Source of the DNA: Dictyostelium discoideum
Lineage: Eukaryota
DNA length: 64,000 nucleotides
Direction of reading: 5' to 3'
NCBI GenBank assembly: GCA_000004695.1
Contig: CM000150.2
Location: 192,001 to 256,000 of the forward strand
Shown here: piece by piece, positions 1 to 11,418 of the stretch
How positions within the stretch are numbered: position 1 is the first letter of the stretch
Layout: each line of letters opens with the position of its first letter
Translations under genes and position numbers: made by a program
Notes under the pieces: model-generated
Databases searched by the model: none
Told to the model about the DNA's origin: nothing
Seen by the model: the letters and a program-made list of their open reading frames with translations, nothing else

Positions 1-89
1 AAACTCTTTTATGAAAATATCATTTTGATAATTTTCATAATTAATGTGGCTGAGAAAAAGAGAAAGTAAAGCAGGGGAAAACAGTATTT

Positions 90-139
<50 letters not shown>

Positions 140-305
140 TATTTTGTAAATTTTGATTATATTAATTTATACACACTATTTCATTACCAAAAAATACTTG
201 GCTATCGGAAATATAAACTTTAAGATTGTGGTTTTTTTCACCTTTTGAATAAATGGCTAAACTGTCAACTACTTTTGTTCTTGTGTTACTATCCTTATTA
301 CTTAC

Positions 306-624
306 CCATTTTGTTAACCTTGCAAAAATATTTTGACTGGTACAATCTTCGTTACTACCACCAGCTTGTTTAATTATTCCAGTAATAAAGAAATTTGAAA
401 CCTATTTATTTAAATTTATTAATTTTTTTTTTTTTTTTTTTAAAACTATTAATCTGGTAACATACATCGCCATCTGAATAGTATTTACTTTGACAAACTT
501 TCTGAAGACTTTCGTATTCCAATATGTATGTTACACGTGGGTTTGTGGCTATTTGCACTGTTTCTTGGATTGGTGGAACAGTTGGCCTTTGAACTCTTCT
601 AATTATTATTCTCTGGTTTTCCAT
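306..624 (-). CDS. Hypothetical protein, first two exons (466-624 and 306-401); the 3' part of the gene runs past the window start
   Basis: True ATG at 622-624. Exon A 466-624 ends at a GTATGT donor and exon B 306-401 follows a TAG acceptor, in phase. Exon B ends ...ARLTKW at a GTAAGT donor at 300-305. The protein MENQRIIIRRVQRPTVPP...SDGD/VSNFFITGIIKQAGGSNEDCTSQNIFARLTKW is not recognised. The first intron contains the ORF-track stop at 406. Confidence 0.4.
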
Positions 625-1022
625 TGGGTTTGGAGCATTTCAATTTCCTAATACATTACCTATTGACAAATTATTAACTGATTCATCTCCGATAGAAATA
701 TTATTGTTTGTTCTTCTTTGGATTGGTGATTGGTTAAAATCAGGTACATTACCATTTGGTGCTACACAGCGAAGAAAAAACCACCTTTAAATTCGCTTTA
801 AATTAAATTTAAATTTGCTTTAAAGTCCTGAATTAAAGCAATTTTAAAGGTAATTTTAAAGGTAATTTTTAAGGTTACTTTAAAATCACCTTAAAAATTA
901 CCTTTAAAATTACCTTTAAAATTACCTTTTTAATCGCTTTAAAAGCGAGGTCCTGAGTTCGAAGCCGTTATTTAACGGATAAATTTTTTAAAATTTTTTT
1001 TTTTAATTTTTCAAAAATTACC

Positions 1023-1090
1023 AAAAGGGATTCGATCCCCTGACCCTCTATTAAAGGGTAGTCTCATCAACCATTACACCATTTGATTGC
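1023..1090 (-). tRNA. Degenerate tRNA-like pol III unit (tRNA pseudogene or tRNA-derived element) with intact A and B boxes
   Basis: Minus-strand read: GCAATCAAATGGTGTAATGGTTGATGAGACTACCCTTTAATAGAGGGTCAGGGGATCGAATCCCTTTTGG. It has an A-box-like TGGTGTAATGG, a B-box/T-arm GGATCGAATCC with a T-stem AGGGG/CCCTT, and an anticodon stem-loop ACCCT-TTAATAG-AGGGT (anticodon AAT). The acceptor and D stems cannot be closed and the variable loop is 1 nt, so it is not a functional canonical tRNA. A T-run follows the T-arm. The retrotransposon begins 48 bp upstream of its predicted +1. Confidence 0.4.
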
Positions 1091-1122
1091 TTTGATGAAA
1101 ATTTAAAAATGATAGAATATTT

Positions 1123-1138
1123 TATCCCCATTTTTTTG
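1123..1138. repeat. Target-site duplication, left copy (tatccccatttttttg)
   Basis: The 16-bp sequence tatccccatttttttg lies immediately 5' of the element start (gagatcgaaaaaaac) and is repeated exactly at 3527-3542, after the element's terminal oligo(A). Confidence 0.7.
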
Positions 1139-1403
1139 GAGATCGAAAAAAACAAACAACAACAACAATCTCTTTTTTTGATTATTTCATTTTTCATATA
1201 AAAAAGACTTAAAAAACAAATAAATAAATAAATAAACTATTTTAAAAAGCCATCTTTTTACTTTATTGTAATTTATTATTTGTTTCGTTTTGAGAATTTT
1301 GCGTAGCAAAATTTTCAAAAAAAAAGCAAAAAATAATCAGATCGAAAAAAACAAACAACAACAATCTCTTTTTTTGATTATTTCATTTTTCATATAAAAA
1401 AGA

Positions 1404-1439
<36 letters not shown>

Positions 1440-1515
1440 GGAACCCAAGTTAATCAGAAAATTTCCAGATTTTTAACTTTTTAAAGAAAAATAAAAAAAA
1501 TAGAAAGAAAATAAG

Positions 1516-2850
1516 ATGAAAATCACAAACAACACCACAAATATTAAGCAACACAAATGCCTACAAAAAATAAGCGAAATTGTGGATAAAACTCAATTAA
1601 AAAAAAAACAATTCAAATACGTCATAAACATCAATCACGAACCAGACGATAAAATAAAAAAAGATTTAGAAAAAAGTTTGGACAAAAAAGATGTTTTAAT
1701 CAAAAGTAATAATACATTCAAAATTCTCACAGACAGTATTAGTACAGTAATCTATTTTGTAAATATGTTTGATGCAGAATTAAAAGGACAATTTATAACC
1801 ACTATAAGACCAAAAAATATGTATACAGATTTTGATTGGTATAAATCACTCACAGAAATAGAATGGGTAATAGAAAATGAAGGATGTAAACTAATTAAAT
1901 TAGAAATTAAAGGCGAAACTCTAATTATCAAAACAGTGAAAAGAGTCGTAGAAGAATTTGACACTATCATTGAACTAGACAATCTAACATTAATTGGACA
2001 CTCCAACAAAGGATGGAGAGATCAAACCTCATTACCAGAAAATCAAGAAGAAAACAAAAATAAAAAACAATCAGATGAACAACAACCACAATCTACATCA
2101 GAACAAATACCAAAACAAGGAAAAAGAACAATCATTATCCCACCAATCACATCCTCATCTAATGATAAAACATTTATGGCCCTAGATGATACAGCTCAAA
2201 AGGTAATAGAAGCATCACTAGAAAACGTAGATGAACTAACAAGAATAGAGAATGAGATCAATACACAATCGATAAACAATCAAGAAATTAAAACAAAATC
2301 AGAAAAACCTATCGAACCACCATCTCCATACAATACACCAATAAAACAACACGGCGAAACAAAGGGACTAACAACGGAAGAAAAACTTAGAGAGGCAAAT
2401 GATATCTTCGACTTCACCAGCCCAAACACTGATGCAATAAGAAAAATAGAATTCCCACTTTCAATCCCTTCAAATCAATGGTTCTTCTCCTCTCCAATAA
2501 AACATATCATGAGTTTCAGCCCAACCTATGGTACACCATCGAAAATTATCGATTCACCAAGTAAATTGTTAAACACACCAAAAAAGAAACAACAAGACAA
2601 AACAAACAAGACCAACAAAACACCAGTCAAACCAAAATTGGGTGAATATGGACAAAAAAGCATAAAAACAAAAATGGATGAAGATATAGACAACTTCAAC
2701 AAGGAAATTCTAAAACAAATCAATAAATCAAAAAACCCCACAAACACACAAGACCAACAACACAACGAACAAAGTAAAGATCAGTTAGAAGACAAAATAA
2801 ACCAGAAACTTCAAAAGGTAGATAAAAATCTACCCCAAATAAAACTATAA
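1516..2850 (+). CDS. Retrotransposon ORF1 protein (444 aa, TRE5-A ORF1-like)
   Basis: Intact ORF from a true ATG, a basic/Q/N/K-rich protein. It is positioned between the 5' modules and the ORF2 endonuclease start, and its size (about 51 kDa) matches TRE5-A ORF1. Confidence 0.65.
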   Translation: MKITNNTTNIKQHKCLQKISEIVDKTQLKKKQFKYVININHEPDDKIKKDLEKSLDKKDVLIKSNNTFKILTDSISTVIYFVNMFDAELKGQFITTIRPKNMYTDFDWYKSLTEIEWVIENEGCKLIKLEIKGETLIIKTVKRVVEEFDTIIELDNLTLIGHSNKGWRDQTSLPENQEENKNKKQSDEQQPQSTSEQIPKQGKRTIIIPPITSSSNDKTFMALDDTAQKVIEASLENVDELTRIENEINTQSINNQEIKTKSEKPIEPPSPYNTPIKQHGETKGLTTEEKLREANDIFDFTSPNTDAIRKIEFPLSIPSNQWFFSSPIKHIMSFSPTYGTPSKIIDSPSKLLNTPKKKQQDKTNKTNKTPVKPKLGEYGQKSIKTKMDEDIDNFNKEILKQINKSKNPTNTQDQQHNEQSKDQLEDKINQKLQKVDKNLPQIKL

Positions 2851-2864
2851 AGAAAAACACAATA

Positions 2865-3104
2865 AGAATAGGTGTTTGGAACATCCAAGGATCCAACACC
2901 ATCCAATCTGCCAGCATAATAAACACCGTTTTAGACAACAACAAGCTGGACGCAGCACTTCTAACTGAAACAAATATAAAAACAAATAAAATTTACTCAA
3001 TAAATCAACAATATAAAAACAAAATAACACACCACGCACCAATTGATAAAACAGGACAAGGGGTGTCACAAATCATCATCAACACCCGCAATAGAACTTC
3101 CTAA
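2865..3104 (+). pseudogene. Truncated ORF2 fragment holding only the N-terminal part of the apurinic/apyrimidinic endonuclease domain
   Basis: Translation is RIGVWNIQGSNTIQSASIINTVLDNNKLDAALLTETNIKTNKIYSINQQYKNKITHHAPIDKTGQGVSQIIINTRNRTS, carrying the VWN..G and LxETN APE motifs. It stops at 3102-3104 and is followed by a 54-nt oligo(A). No reverse-transcriptase domain is present. Confidence 0.6.
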
Positions 3105-3146
3105 ACATCTCAAAAAATACAATAATTCACTCAGTACTTTCTATAA

Positions 3147-3204
<58 letters not shown>

Positions 3205-3245
3205 CAAGTTAATCAGAAAAATAAAAAAGATAGAAAGAAAATAAA

Positions 3246-3446
3246 ATGAAAATCACAAACAACACCACAAATATTAAGCAACACAAATGCCTACAAAAAA
3301 TAAGCGAAATTGTGGATAAAACTCAATTAAAAAAAAAACAATTCAAATACGTCATAAACATCAATCACGAACCAGACGATAAAATAAAAAAAGATTTAGA
3401 AAAAAGTTTGGACAAAAAAGATGTTTTAATCAAAAAGACCCTGTAA
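3246..3446 (+). pseudogene. Duplicated 5' fragment of ORF1 (first 66 codons) within the same insertion
   Basis: Near-identical to 1516-1713 (MKITNNTTNIKQHKCLQK...KKDVLIK) and then diverges into the 3' terminal module. It is preceded by the leader aacccaagttaatcag, also seen at 1442-1460. Confidence 0.6.
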
Positions 3447-3526
3447 AAAAAAAAAATAAATAAAATGAGATCTAGCATCTCAAGGAGAAGCAAATAATAA
3501 TTGCGTTATCCAATTCAAAAAAAAAA

Positions 3527-3542
3527 TATCCCCATTTTTTTG
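3527..3542. repeat. Target-site duplication, right copy (tatccccatttttttg)
   Basis: Exact 16-bp repeat of 1123-1138, directly after ...gcgttatccaattcaaaaaaaaaa. Confidence 0.7.
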
Positions 3543-3958
3543 TTCTAAAATTAGATCTTTTTTATTAAAAACCTTAAATTTATGTTTAAAGGAAATTTAA
3601 ATTCACTTTGAATCTACTTTAAATCTACTTTAAATCCTATTTAAAATTAATTTAAAATAAATTTTAAAGGTATTTTTAAATATCTTAAAAATTATCTTAA
3701 AAATTACCTTAAAAATCACCTTTAAAATCACCTTTAAAATTGCTTAAAAAATTATTTTAAAGCAAATTTTAAAGGCATTTTTAAATATCTTAAAAATTAC
3801 CTTAAAAATTACCTTAAAAATGAATTTTTTAAACGCGGCTTTAAATTCAATTTAAATCCAATTTAAATCAACTTTTCTTTAAATTTGCTTTAAAGGTGCA
3901 TTTTTCTTTGCTGTGTAACCAATCATTTGGTACTACAAATAATAATAATTTATTATTT

Positions 3959-4984
3959 TTATTCATTTCCAATATAATTTTCTATATCCAGCATTATAGA
4001 ATAATCTTTCTTGTTTTGACACTGCATACTATCAGTGAATATTCTAAGTAAAACAATTTTATTTTTATTTTTATTTTTTAAATCTTTAAATTGTTGACCA
4101 CTTTTATAATTTGTATAAATTCCAGTTTCAAAATCTGTATCAAAATCTATTCTTTCAAAAAATTGCTTTTTATTTAATAAAGTTTCTAATACTTTTTTAA
4201 TTTCAAAATAAAAAATTGAGTGATCATAATTTTTATTTATAAATGTTTCTCCTTTTATTTGAAAATCTTCCATAAATAATTTATCCATATATTGAGGTGT
4301 GTATCTTATTTGATTTAAATTGGTTTTATTTTTGTCAATAAAACTTTTAAATTTTTCAAGTAGCTTTAAACTTATTGAGTTTTCAATTCCCAACATTAAA
4401 AATTCAATTTCAGTTTCATTTAATTTTTTTTTTGATTTTTCATTATCTAAATTATTATTTAGATTATTATTTATTGGTTCGTTTTGAGCATTTTCATTTT
4501 CATTATTTTCATTATTTTCATTATTAATGTTTGCTTCATTTTCATCTATTCTAATTTCATTGTTTTCATCTTCACTATGTACCAACCCAATTATATCATG
4601 ATTTTCTTCATTATCAATTGTTTGATTGTTTTCATTATTTTCATTATTTTCTTGATAAAAAATTTCATCTTGGTTTTGGTTACATAAATGTTTACATGGG
4701 TCATCTGGATCATTTGTTGGATATTTTATTTTTTCACCAGTAATATCCATTAATTTTTTATAAAAGCTATCTCTTTTTTGATTATTTGTAATAATTTTAT
4801 TTTGTTCATTTTTACATTTTTTGGTGTTGAAATGTCCATTTACATCATAAAATTGTTTATAAGAACGGTAATATGCAAGACAAAATGGACATATATTTTT
4901 ATGCATAATATAATGAATAATAATATTTTTAAAATTCTTTAATTTTTCTCTGCAATTAATGCATGATATGTTATTTAAATTCAT
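3959..4984 (-). CDS. Hypothetical protein with an N-terminal C2H2-like zinc finger and an acidic N/E-rich low-complexity region
   Basis: 341-aa ORF from a true ATG at 4982-4984. The motif CINCREKLKNFKNIIIHYIMHKNICPFC has C-x2-C...H-x3-H spacing. No introns were needed. Confidence 0.5.
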   Translation of the reverse strand: MNLNNISCINCREKLKNFKNIIIHYIMHKNICPFCLAYYRSYKQFYDVNGHFNTKKCKNEQNKIITNNQKRDSFYKKLMDITGEKIKYPTNDPDDPCKHLCNQNQDEIFYQENNENNENNQTIDNEENHDIIGLVHSEDENNEIRIDENEANINNENNENNENENAQNEPINNNLNNNLDNEKSKKKLNETEIEFLMLGIENSISLKLLEKFKSFIDKNKTNLNQIRYTPQYMDKLFMEDFQIKGETFINKNYDHSIFYFEIKKVLETLLNKKQFFERIDFDTDFETGIYTNYKSGQQFKDLKNKNKNKIVLLRIFTDSMQCQNKKDYSIMLDIENYIGNE

Positions 4985-5660
4985 TTTGTTTGCTGGCTGG
5001 AAATTAAAAATAATATTTTTTTTTTTTTTTTTCCTCGAGTTTTTACGTTTTTTTTTTTTTTTTTTTTCATTTTATTCAAATTTTAGCATTATAGCAAGTA
5101 GATATATGATTTAGTACTTAGAATTTTATATTTAGAGGGATATACCCCATTTTCAAAAAATGACGGGGAACCTATGACCCTGTCTATACCTTTTTCTTTT
5201 TAAAATATTAAAAAAAAAAACTATAAAATCTGCCCAATTTATTGTAAAACTACACTAATGCAATAATATACATGTGCACTCGTTAATTGTTTATTAATTA
5301 TAAAAAATAAAAAATAAAAAATCTTTTTTTATATGTATGTTTATACTTATAATATAAATATGCAAAACAAATAATTAAATTTTTTTTTTTTTTTTTTTGA
5401 TATTTTTCGCTTTTTGAAATGAGAAGTAAAATTTAAAATAACATAATATAAAACCCAAGGCAACTGAAACACTTATTTATTATTAATTAATAAAAATAAT
5501 AATAATAGAATTCAATTGCCACTGAAACAAATAAATAAAGAATTAAAATTAATTTGGTTATCTTTTTAGTTTTTTTTTTTTTTAATTTTCTTAATTTTTT
5601 TTTTTTTTTATTTTCTTATTTTTTTTTTTTTTTTTTATTAAATTTGGAATAAATAGTTAT

Positions 5661-5922
5661 TTTAAAGGTGCATTTTTCTTTGCTGTGTAATTTTAAATTA
5701 CATTAAAAATAACTTTTTTAAATTTATTATAAAGTGATTAAAACATTATTTAAAAACCGCTTTATAATAAATTTAAAAGGTCATTTTTAATATAATTATA
5801 AATGACCTTAAAAATATCTTTAAAATTACCTTTTTAAAAAGCAAATTTAAAGCCAATTTAAAGCAAATTTAAATTGTATTTGCTTTAAATTGGCTTTAAA
5901 GGTGCATTTTTCTTTGCTGTGC
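5661..5922. repeat. Further copy of the short AT-rich element: terminal motif tttaaaggtgcatttttctttgctgtg at both ends in direct orientation
   Basis: 5661-5690 tttaaaggtgcatttttctttgctgtgtaa and 5897-5922 tttaaaggtgcatttttctttgctgtgc, separated by about 200 bp of ttaaa/aaatt-rich sequence similar to the interior of the 761-3918 element. Confidence 0.45.
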
Positions 5923-6900
5923 AAAAATGAATAATAAAAAATACTACATACATTAGGTTTATTTTTTGCAAAGTCGGAAACAATATTCATATTTTCTTAC
6001 CAAAAGTTTGATTTAAATAAATAAATTTATTAATTGAACTAAGATTATCACTAAGATTTAATACATTTAAAAAAAAAAAATTAAAAAATATAAAAAAAAA
6101 AGTTTTTATTTTTTATTTTTTATTTTTTTTTTTATCAGGAAAAAAAATAAAACAAATAATAATAACAATACTAGTAATCAATATAAAATCAATAAATTTT
6201 ATTTAAATAGAAATGAAATATTAAAATTATACCACTAGATTTTTTTTTAAAAAAAAAAAAAATAAAAAAATAAAAAATAAATAAAATAAAAAATAAATAA
6301 AAAAAAAACAAGAAAAACCATCAATAAAATGACATTTAAAACAAAATGAAATTTCAAAGAGAATTAAAAATGAAAATTAAAAAGTATTCCTGTAAAAATG
6401 GAATTTAATTTTAATTTTAATGGTATTAAAATGTTATATCTTGATTTGATTGGTCACAGCAAATGATATAAAATATATTTCCAACTCGTTTTTCTTCAAA
6501 ATAAAACAATTAAAAATGAAAAATTATCAAACACTCCAAATTATTTATTATTAAAAAAAAATAAAAAAAAAATTTTAGGAAAAAGAATTATTTTAATTTC
6601 CATTATTTTAATTTTTAAATTTTATATAATTTTGTGTATTTGTGACTGCTCAATTTATCCTATTTATCTGATTTAGATTATTTTTTTAGGTTTAAAAATA
6701 TTTCTTAACACCAACCCAATTATTTATTTGAAATATTTGAAAGGATTTAAATAAGATAACAAACTTTGATCTGAACTGTTATTGTTATTATTACCACTAT
6801 TATTAAAATTGTTTGAATTATCTAGAGGCTACAAAGAATTTTTAAAGATTGAAAAAAAATTTAATATTCCTTCTATTGTTATTTCAAAAGTTGTAATGTT

Positions 6901-6987
<87 letters not shown>

Positions 6988-7000
6988 GAGGATAACTTAC

Positions 7001-7223
7001 AAGCATATATAAAGTTGAAACTGGTAATAAACCTAATTGACGAATTGATAGATTCAATTGATTCAAAGTAAAAGGATTTCCAGTTGGTTGGGTACACAAT
7101 GCATAAGAACAAGTACCATCAGTACGATTTGAATTTATGAATTTTTGAACGGATCTTAAGGTGTCAGTAGCCATGAAATCATATTGAATTCTAGCTCCAT
7201 TAGTTTGAATAATCCCAATTTCT
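7001..7223 (-). CDS. Probable downstream exon of the AN1 zinc-finger gene; the 3' end of the gene is unresolved
   Basis: Acceptor ...tatatag at 7224-7225 and GTAAGT donor at 6995-7000. The reading is in phase: (G)EIGIIQTNGARIQYDFMATDTLRSVQKFINSNRTDGTCSYALCTQPTGNPFTLNQLNLSIRQLGLLPVSTLYML. It joins the upstream exon that ends ...SSEEIG at 7527 in phase 2. The flanking introns are (ATT)n microsatellites. Confidence 0.35.
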
Positions 7224-7228
7224 CTATA

Positions 7229-7400
<172 letters not shown>

Positions 7401-7526
7401 TTATTATTTTTTTTTTAAAATTTAGTAAAAGATTAATACCCAAAGGTTGCATGATTAGAACCATTTACATCATCATAAAGAATAAAATAAAAAAACAAAA
7501 CTATAAAAAATAATAAAATTAAATAC

Positions 7527-8556
<1,030 letters not shown>

Positions 8557-9216
8557 ATTTGCTGAAAATTAAAGAAAAAAATAAAAAAATTAAAAAAAAA
8601 AATAAAAAAAAATAAAAAAAAATAAAAAAAAATAAAAAAAAATAAAAAAAAAAAAAAAAAAATAAAAAAAAAAAAAAAAATAAAAAAAAAAAAATTATTT
8701 GATGTTTTGGAACTTGGACTTTAAAAATAATAAAAAAAAAAAAAAATTACAATAAATGTAAATTTAAAAATTACACTTGAAATTCTTATAAAAACAAATC
8801 TATTTTTAAAAAAAAAAAAAAAAAAAATTTAATTTGGGATATTGGTGAGATTTAAAAATTTTTTTTTAATAATATTTTTTTTATTTTTTTTTTTTTTGGA
8901 AAAATGTGAGAATTTGGGAAATATTTTTTATATTGAATAATTATTAAATTTTTTTTTTTTTTTTTTTTCTTTTTTTTTTAAAAAAAAATATTTTAATTTT
9001 TATATATAAGTTATTTATTTGTAAGTTTTTTTTTTTTTTTCTCAAAAAATATATTTAAATTTTTCTAATTATCAAACAAATAAAAAAATTATTAATTATT
9101 TATTATAAAAAATGTTTTTATAAAATAAAATAATACAGAAAAAAAAAAAAAATTTTATAAAAAACCTTTCACATTTAAAAAAAAAAAAATTCTATTTAAA
9201 AAATTCTATTTAAAAA

Positions 9217-9375
9217 ATGTCTCTTAGCAACAACCAAACCCAATTCGTAACAGTTTTCGTTCCAATCCAATTATCAATTGATGTTTTCAGAAAAATGAAC
9301 AACATCAATTCTTTTGTTAATGACAACCTCACCAACTTTCCAATTGTAACTGTTGACCAACTTATCAAAGTTGTC

Positions 9376-9436
<61 letters not shown>

Positions 9437-10154
9437 CTTCAATTTCCAACAATGGCGACATCAACAATTGTTTGGCTACCTTTGAACAAGTCCAAAACAA
9501 TTGTTTTGAAACTTGTGATTTCAAGGCTACAGAAAGGGAGCATTATTTTGCCAGTGGCAAACAAATACAAGAATCAGTTTTGCCAGAAGAAGAAGAAGAG
9601 AAGATTTCCGTCAACAACTTTGCCATGGTTACCGTCGAACCAAACAATTGTTTTGTCAAGGCCCAACAAATTAACTCTGTTGCTCCATTGTCATTGGATA
9701 ATAGAAATTGTGTTAGAAGGGCTCACAGGGAGGTCAATACTTTTGTACAGGTGTTTGATGTTTGTGTTTTTAATCTCAAAGTTGTTAATGTTGCCACCAA
9801 TGAAAGTCAAGTCAATCTCTTTAATGGGGGCAATGTTGAAAACATTTGTTTTGATCGTTCTATACAAATGCCACGTTCATCAGCAGATGATTTTGATTGG
9901 TCGTCACAACAACAATCCTCTTGGTATTCACTTGCTCTCTCCATTATCCCAATTTATCATGAAATTATCATTAGTTCTTTGCAATTGGTTAGTAGTTGCC
10001 TTTTACAAGTATTGGCAGCATCAGCAACAAAAGCAACTACCTCCACATCCACTCAACATCATCGTTCCCAATGTTTCCAAAAGAATTGCTGTAAACCTCA
10101 ACAATCAATTAATAAGTCTTACCTTTACCAACTTCCTAAAAAACATCTTCTTCT

Positions 10155-10242
<88 letters not shown>

Positions 10243-11254
10243 AACCAACAACAACCAATTAAATCTTTCTAAAGAGATTTGTAATGAAAATCTCAATTTC
10301 GAAGAATTTAACTTTGAAGATGAAAGTGTATGCAAGTACAATAGATTGACAAACTCCTGTGAAAATATATCAAAAATACAACAAGTCAATGAGGAATCAG
10401 AATTACTAGATTGGTTCTCTGATTTTGAAGAAATGGATTCAGTTTTATTACAGAACGGAACCGAGTTTGACAATGATCACCCAATGGTAAAGTCACAGGC
10501 TCCATCCATTACTTTTAAGAGTTTGGATCAATTTATAAAATATTTAGAAGAGAATAACTGTGTTGATGATATCGAAGTTTCTCCATGCTCAAAGTCCCAT
10601 ACATTCAATAGACCAGTTTCAACACCACGTCTAATTATTAAACCAACATGGTGTGTCTATGGTGACTCATTAAATACTGAATTCTTCCACTCTTGTCTAA
10701 AGGATAAAACATGTGGTGATATTATTGTGGACCACTTTGAGCCATTGGTCTCCTCACCAACAGACTTTTTATTATCAAATGGTGGCCAAAGAATTTTAGA
10801 TACACCAAATGCTGGTGGTTCATCCGTTTGGTCAGAGGTATTATCATTTGAAGTATTAAATCAAGTTTTTGGTGCACAATTAAAGAAAACTGAAACTGAA
10901 ATTGAATATGCTCCAGGTTCAAAAATTACAGATTTCTCTGTTGATATTAACAATAGTCATATTGGAGTTTCTGTGGTAAGAATAATTAACTTTTTCGATC
11001 TCAATGGAAGAACGTACAAAGCTGTTTTCACACCAGAATATGCTCGAAATCTTTTGTACAAAAAGTTATTTGGTGTCATTGCCTCCACTGAAGCGGTTGT
11101 TGATAAATGGGAAAAACAAATTCTTTATGTTTGGACTACATCTTCTTGTGTCGCCGATATAATTGTTCAAGAATATTGGAAAGTTCCAGCAAAGTTAAGA
11201 TCAAATACTTTAGTTTATGTTAATCATGCAACAAACTCTGAATTTTTATTTTAA
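9217..11254 (+). CDS. Hypothetical protein read in two frames: frame 1 at 9217-10272 (polyN and polyQ tracts) and frame 2 from about 10275 to 11254. Either a frameshifted single gene or two adjacent genes
   Basis: Frame 1 (351 aa) is protein-like throughout and ends in a 36-codon (CAA)n polyQ plus NQQQPIKSF. Frame 2 is junk-like before about 10270 and protein-like after it (EICNENLNFEEF...PGSKITDFSVD...VYVNHATNSEFLF). No phase-consistent GT-AG intron links them, because the only candidate (10091-10274) creates a TAG. No family was recognised. Confidence 0.5.
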
Positions 11255-11418
11255 TAATAAAAAATAAAAAAAATAAAAAAAATAATAAATGTACATTTAA
11301 AATTTAATAAAATAAATATTTATTTTTTATTATTATTATTATTGTTATTATTATTATTATTGTTATTATTATTATTTATTTTTATTTTTAATTTTTTTTT
11401 TTTTTAATTTTTTTTTTT

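Larger units (their letters stand above)
1139..3526 (+). mobile_element. TRE5-A-like tRNA-gene-targeted non-LTR (poly(A)) retrotransposon, internally deleted and rearranged
   Basis: It is flanked by a 16-bp TSD and its 5' end is 48 bp upstream of the tRNA-like unit on the opposite strand, which is the orientation and spacing known for TRE5-A. The 5' region carries a ~75-bp direct repeat (1141-1215 and 1340-1410). ORF1 of 444 aa at 1516-2850 is followed by the start of an ORF2 apurinic-endonuclease domain (RIGVWNIQGSN...LTETNI) that is cut off by oligo(A) at 3149-3202. A second partial unit at 3203-3526 holds the 5' leader, the first 66 ORF1 codons, a 3' terminal module and oligo(A). Confidence 0.7.
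761..3918. mobile_element. Unclassified short AT-rich element with ~30-bp terminal inverted repeats, split by the retrotransposon insertion at 1139-3526
   Basis: Left end 761-795 reads gctacacagcgaagaaaaaaccacctttaaa. Its reverse complement, tttaaaggtggttttttcttcgctgtgtagc, matches the right end 3887-3918, gctttaaaggtgcatttttctttgctgtgta, at about 26/30 positions. The interior (796-1000 and 3590-3886) is degenerate ~10-bp tandem units (taaaaattacctt, ttaaaggtaatttt). The same terminal motif recurs at 5661-5690 and 5897-5922. Confidence 0.5.

Noticed and set aside
2526-3069. Minus-strand ORFs of 74-79 aa antisense to retrotransposon ORF1/ORF2
   Set aside because: They are hydrophobic junk frames opposite a well-supported sense ORF.
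5141-5190. Imperfect inverted repeat gggatatacccca...atgacggggaacctatgaccc, looked at as a possible structured RNA
   Set aside because: It is a short, imperfect stem in an intergenic AT-rich region with no flanking conservation or promoter elements to support it.
9353-10270. N-terminal 300 aa of the 633-aa track ORF (MTNLSKLSTTTTT...)
   Set aside because: The composition is junk-like (polyT from ACA repeats, L/K/I/W/C-rich), while the overlapping frame 1 is protein-like. Only the part of this frame after about 10275 is likely coding.
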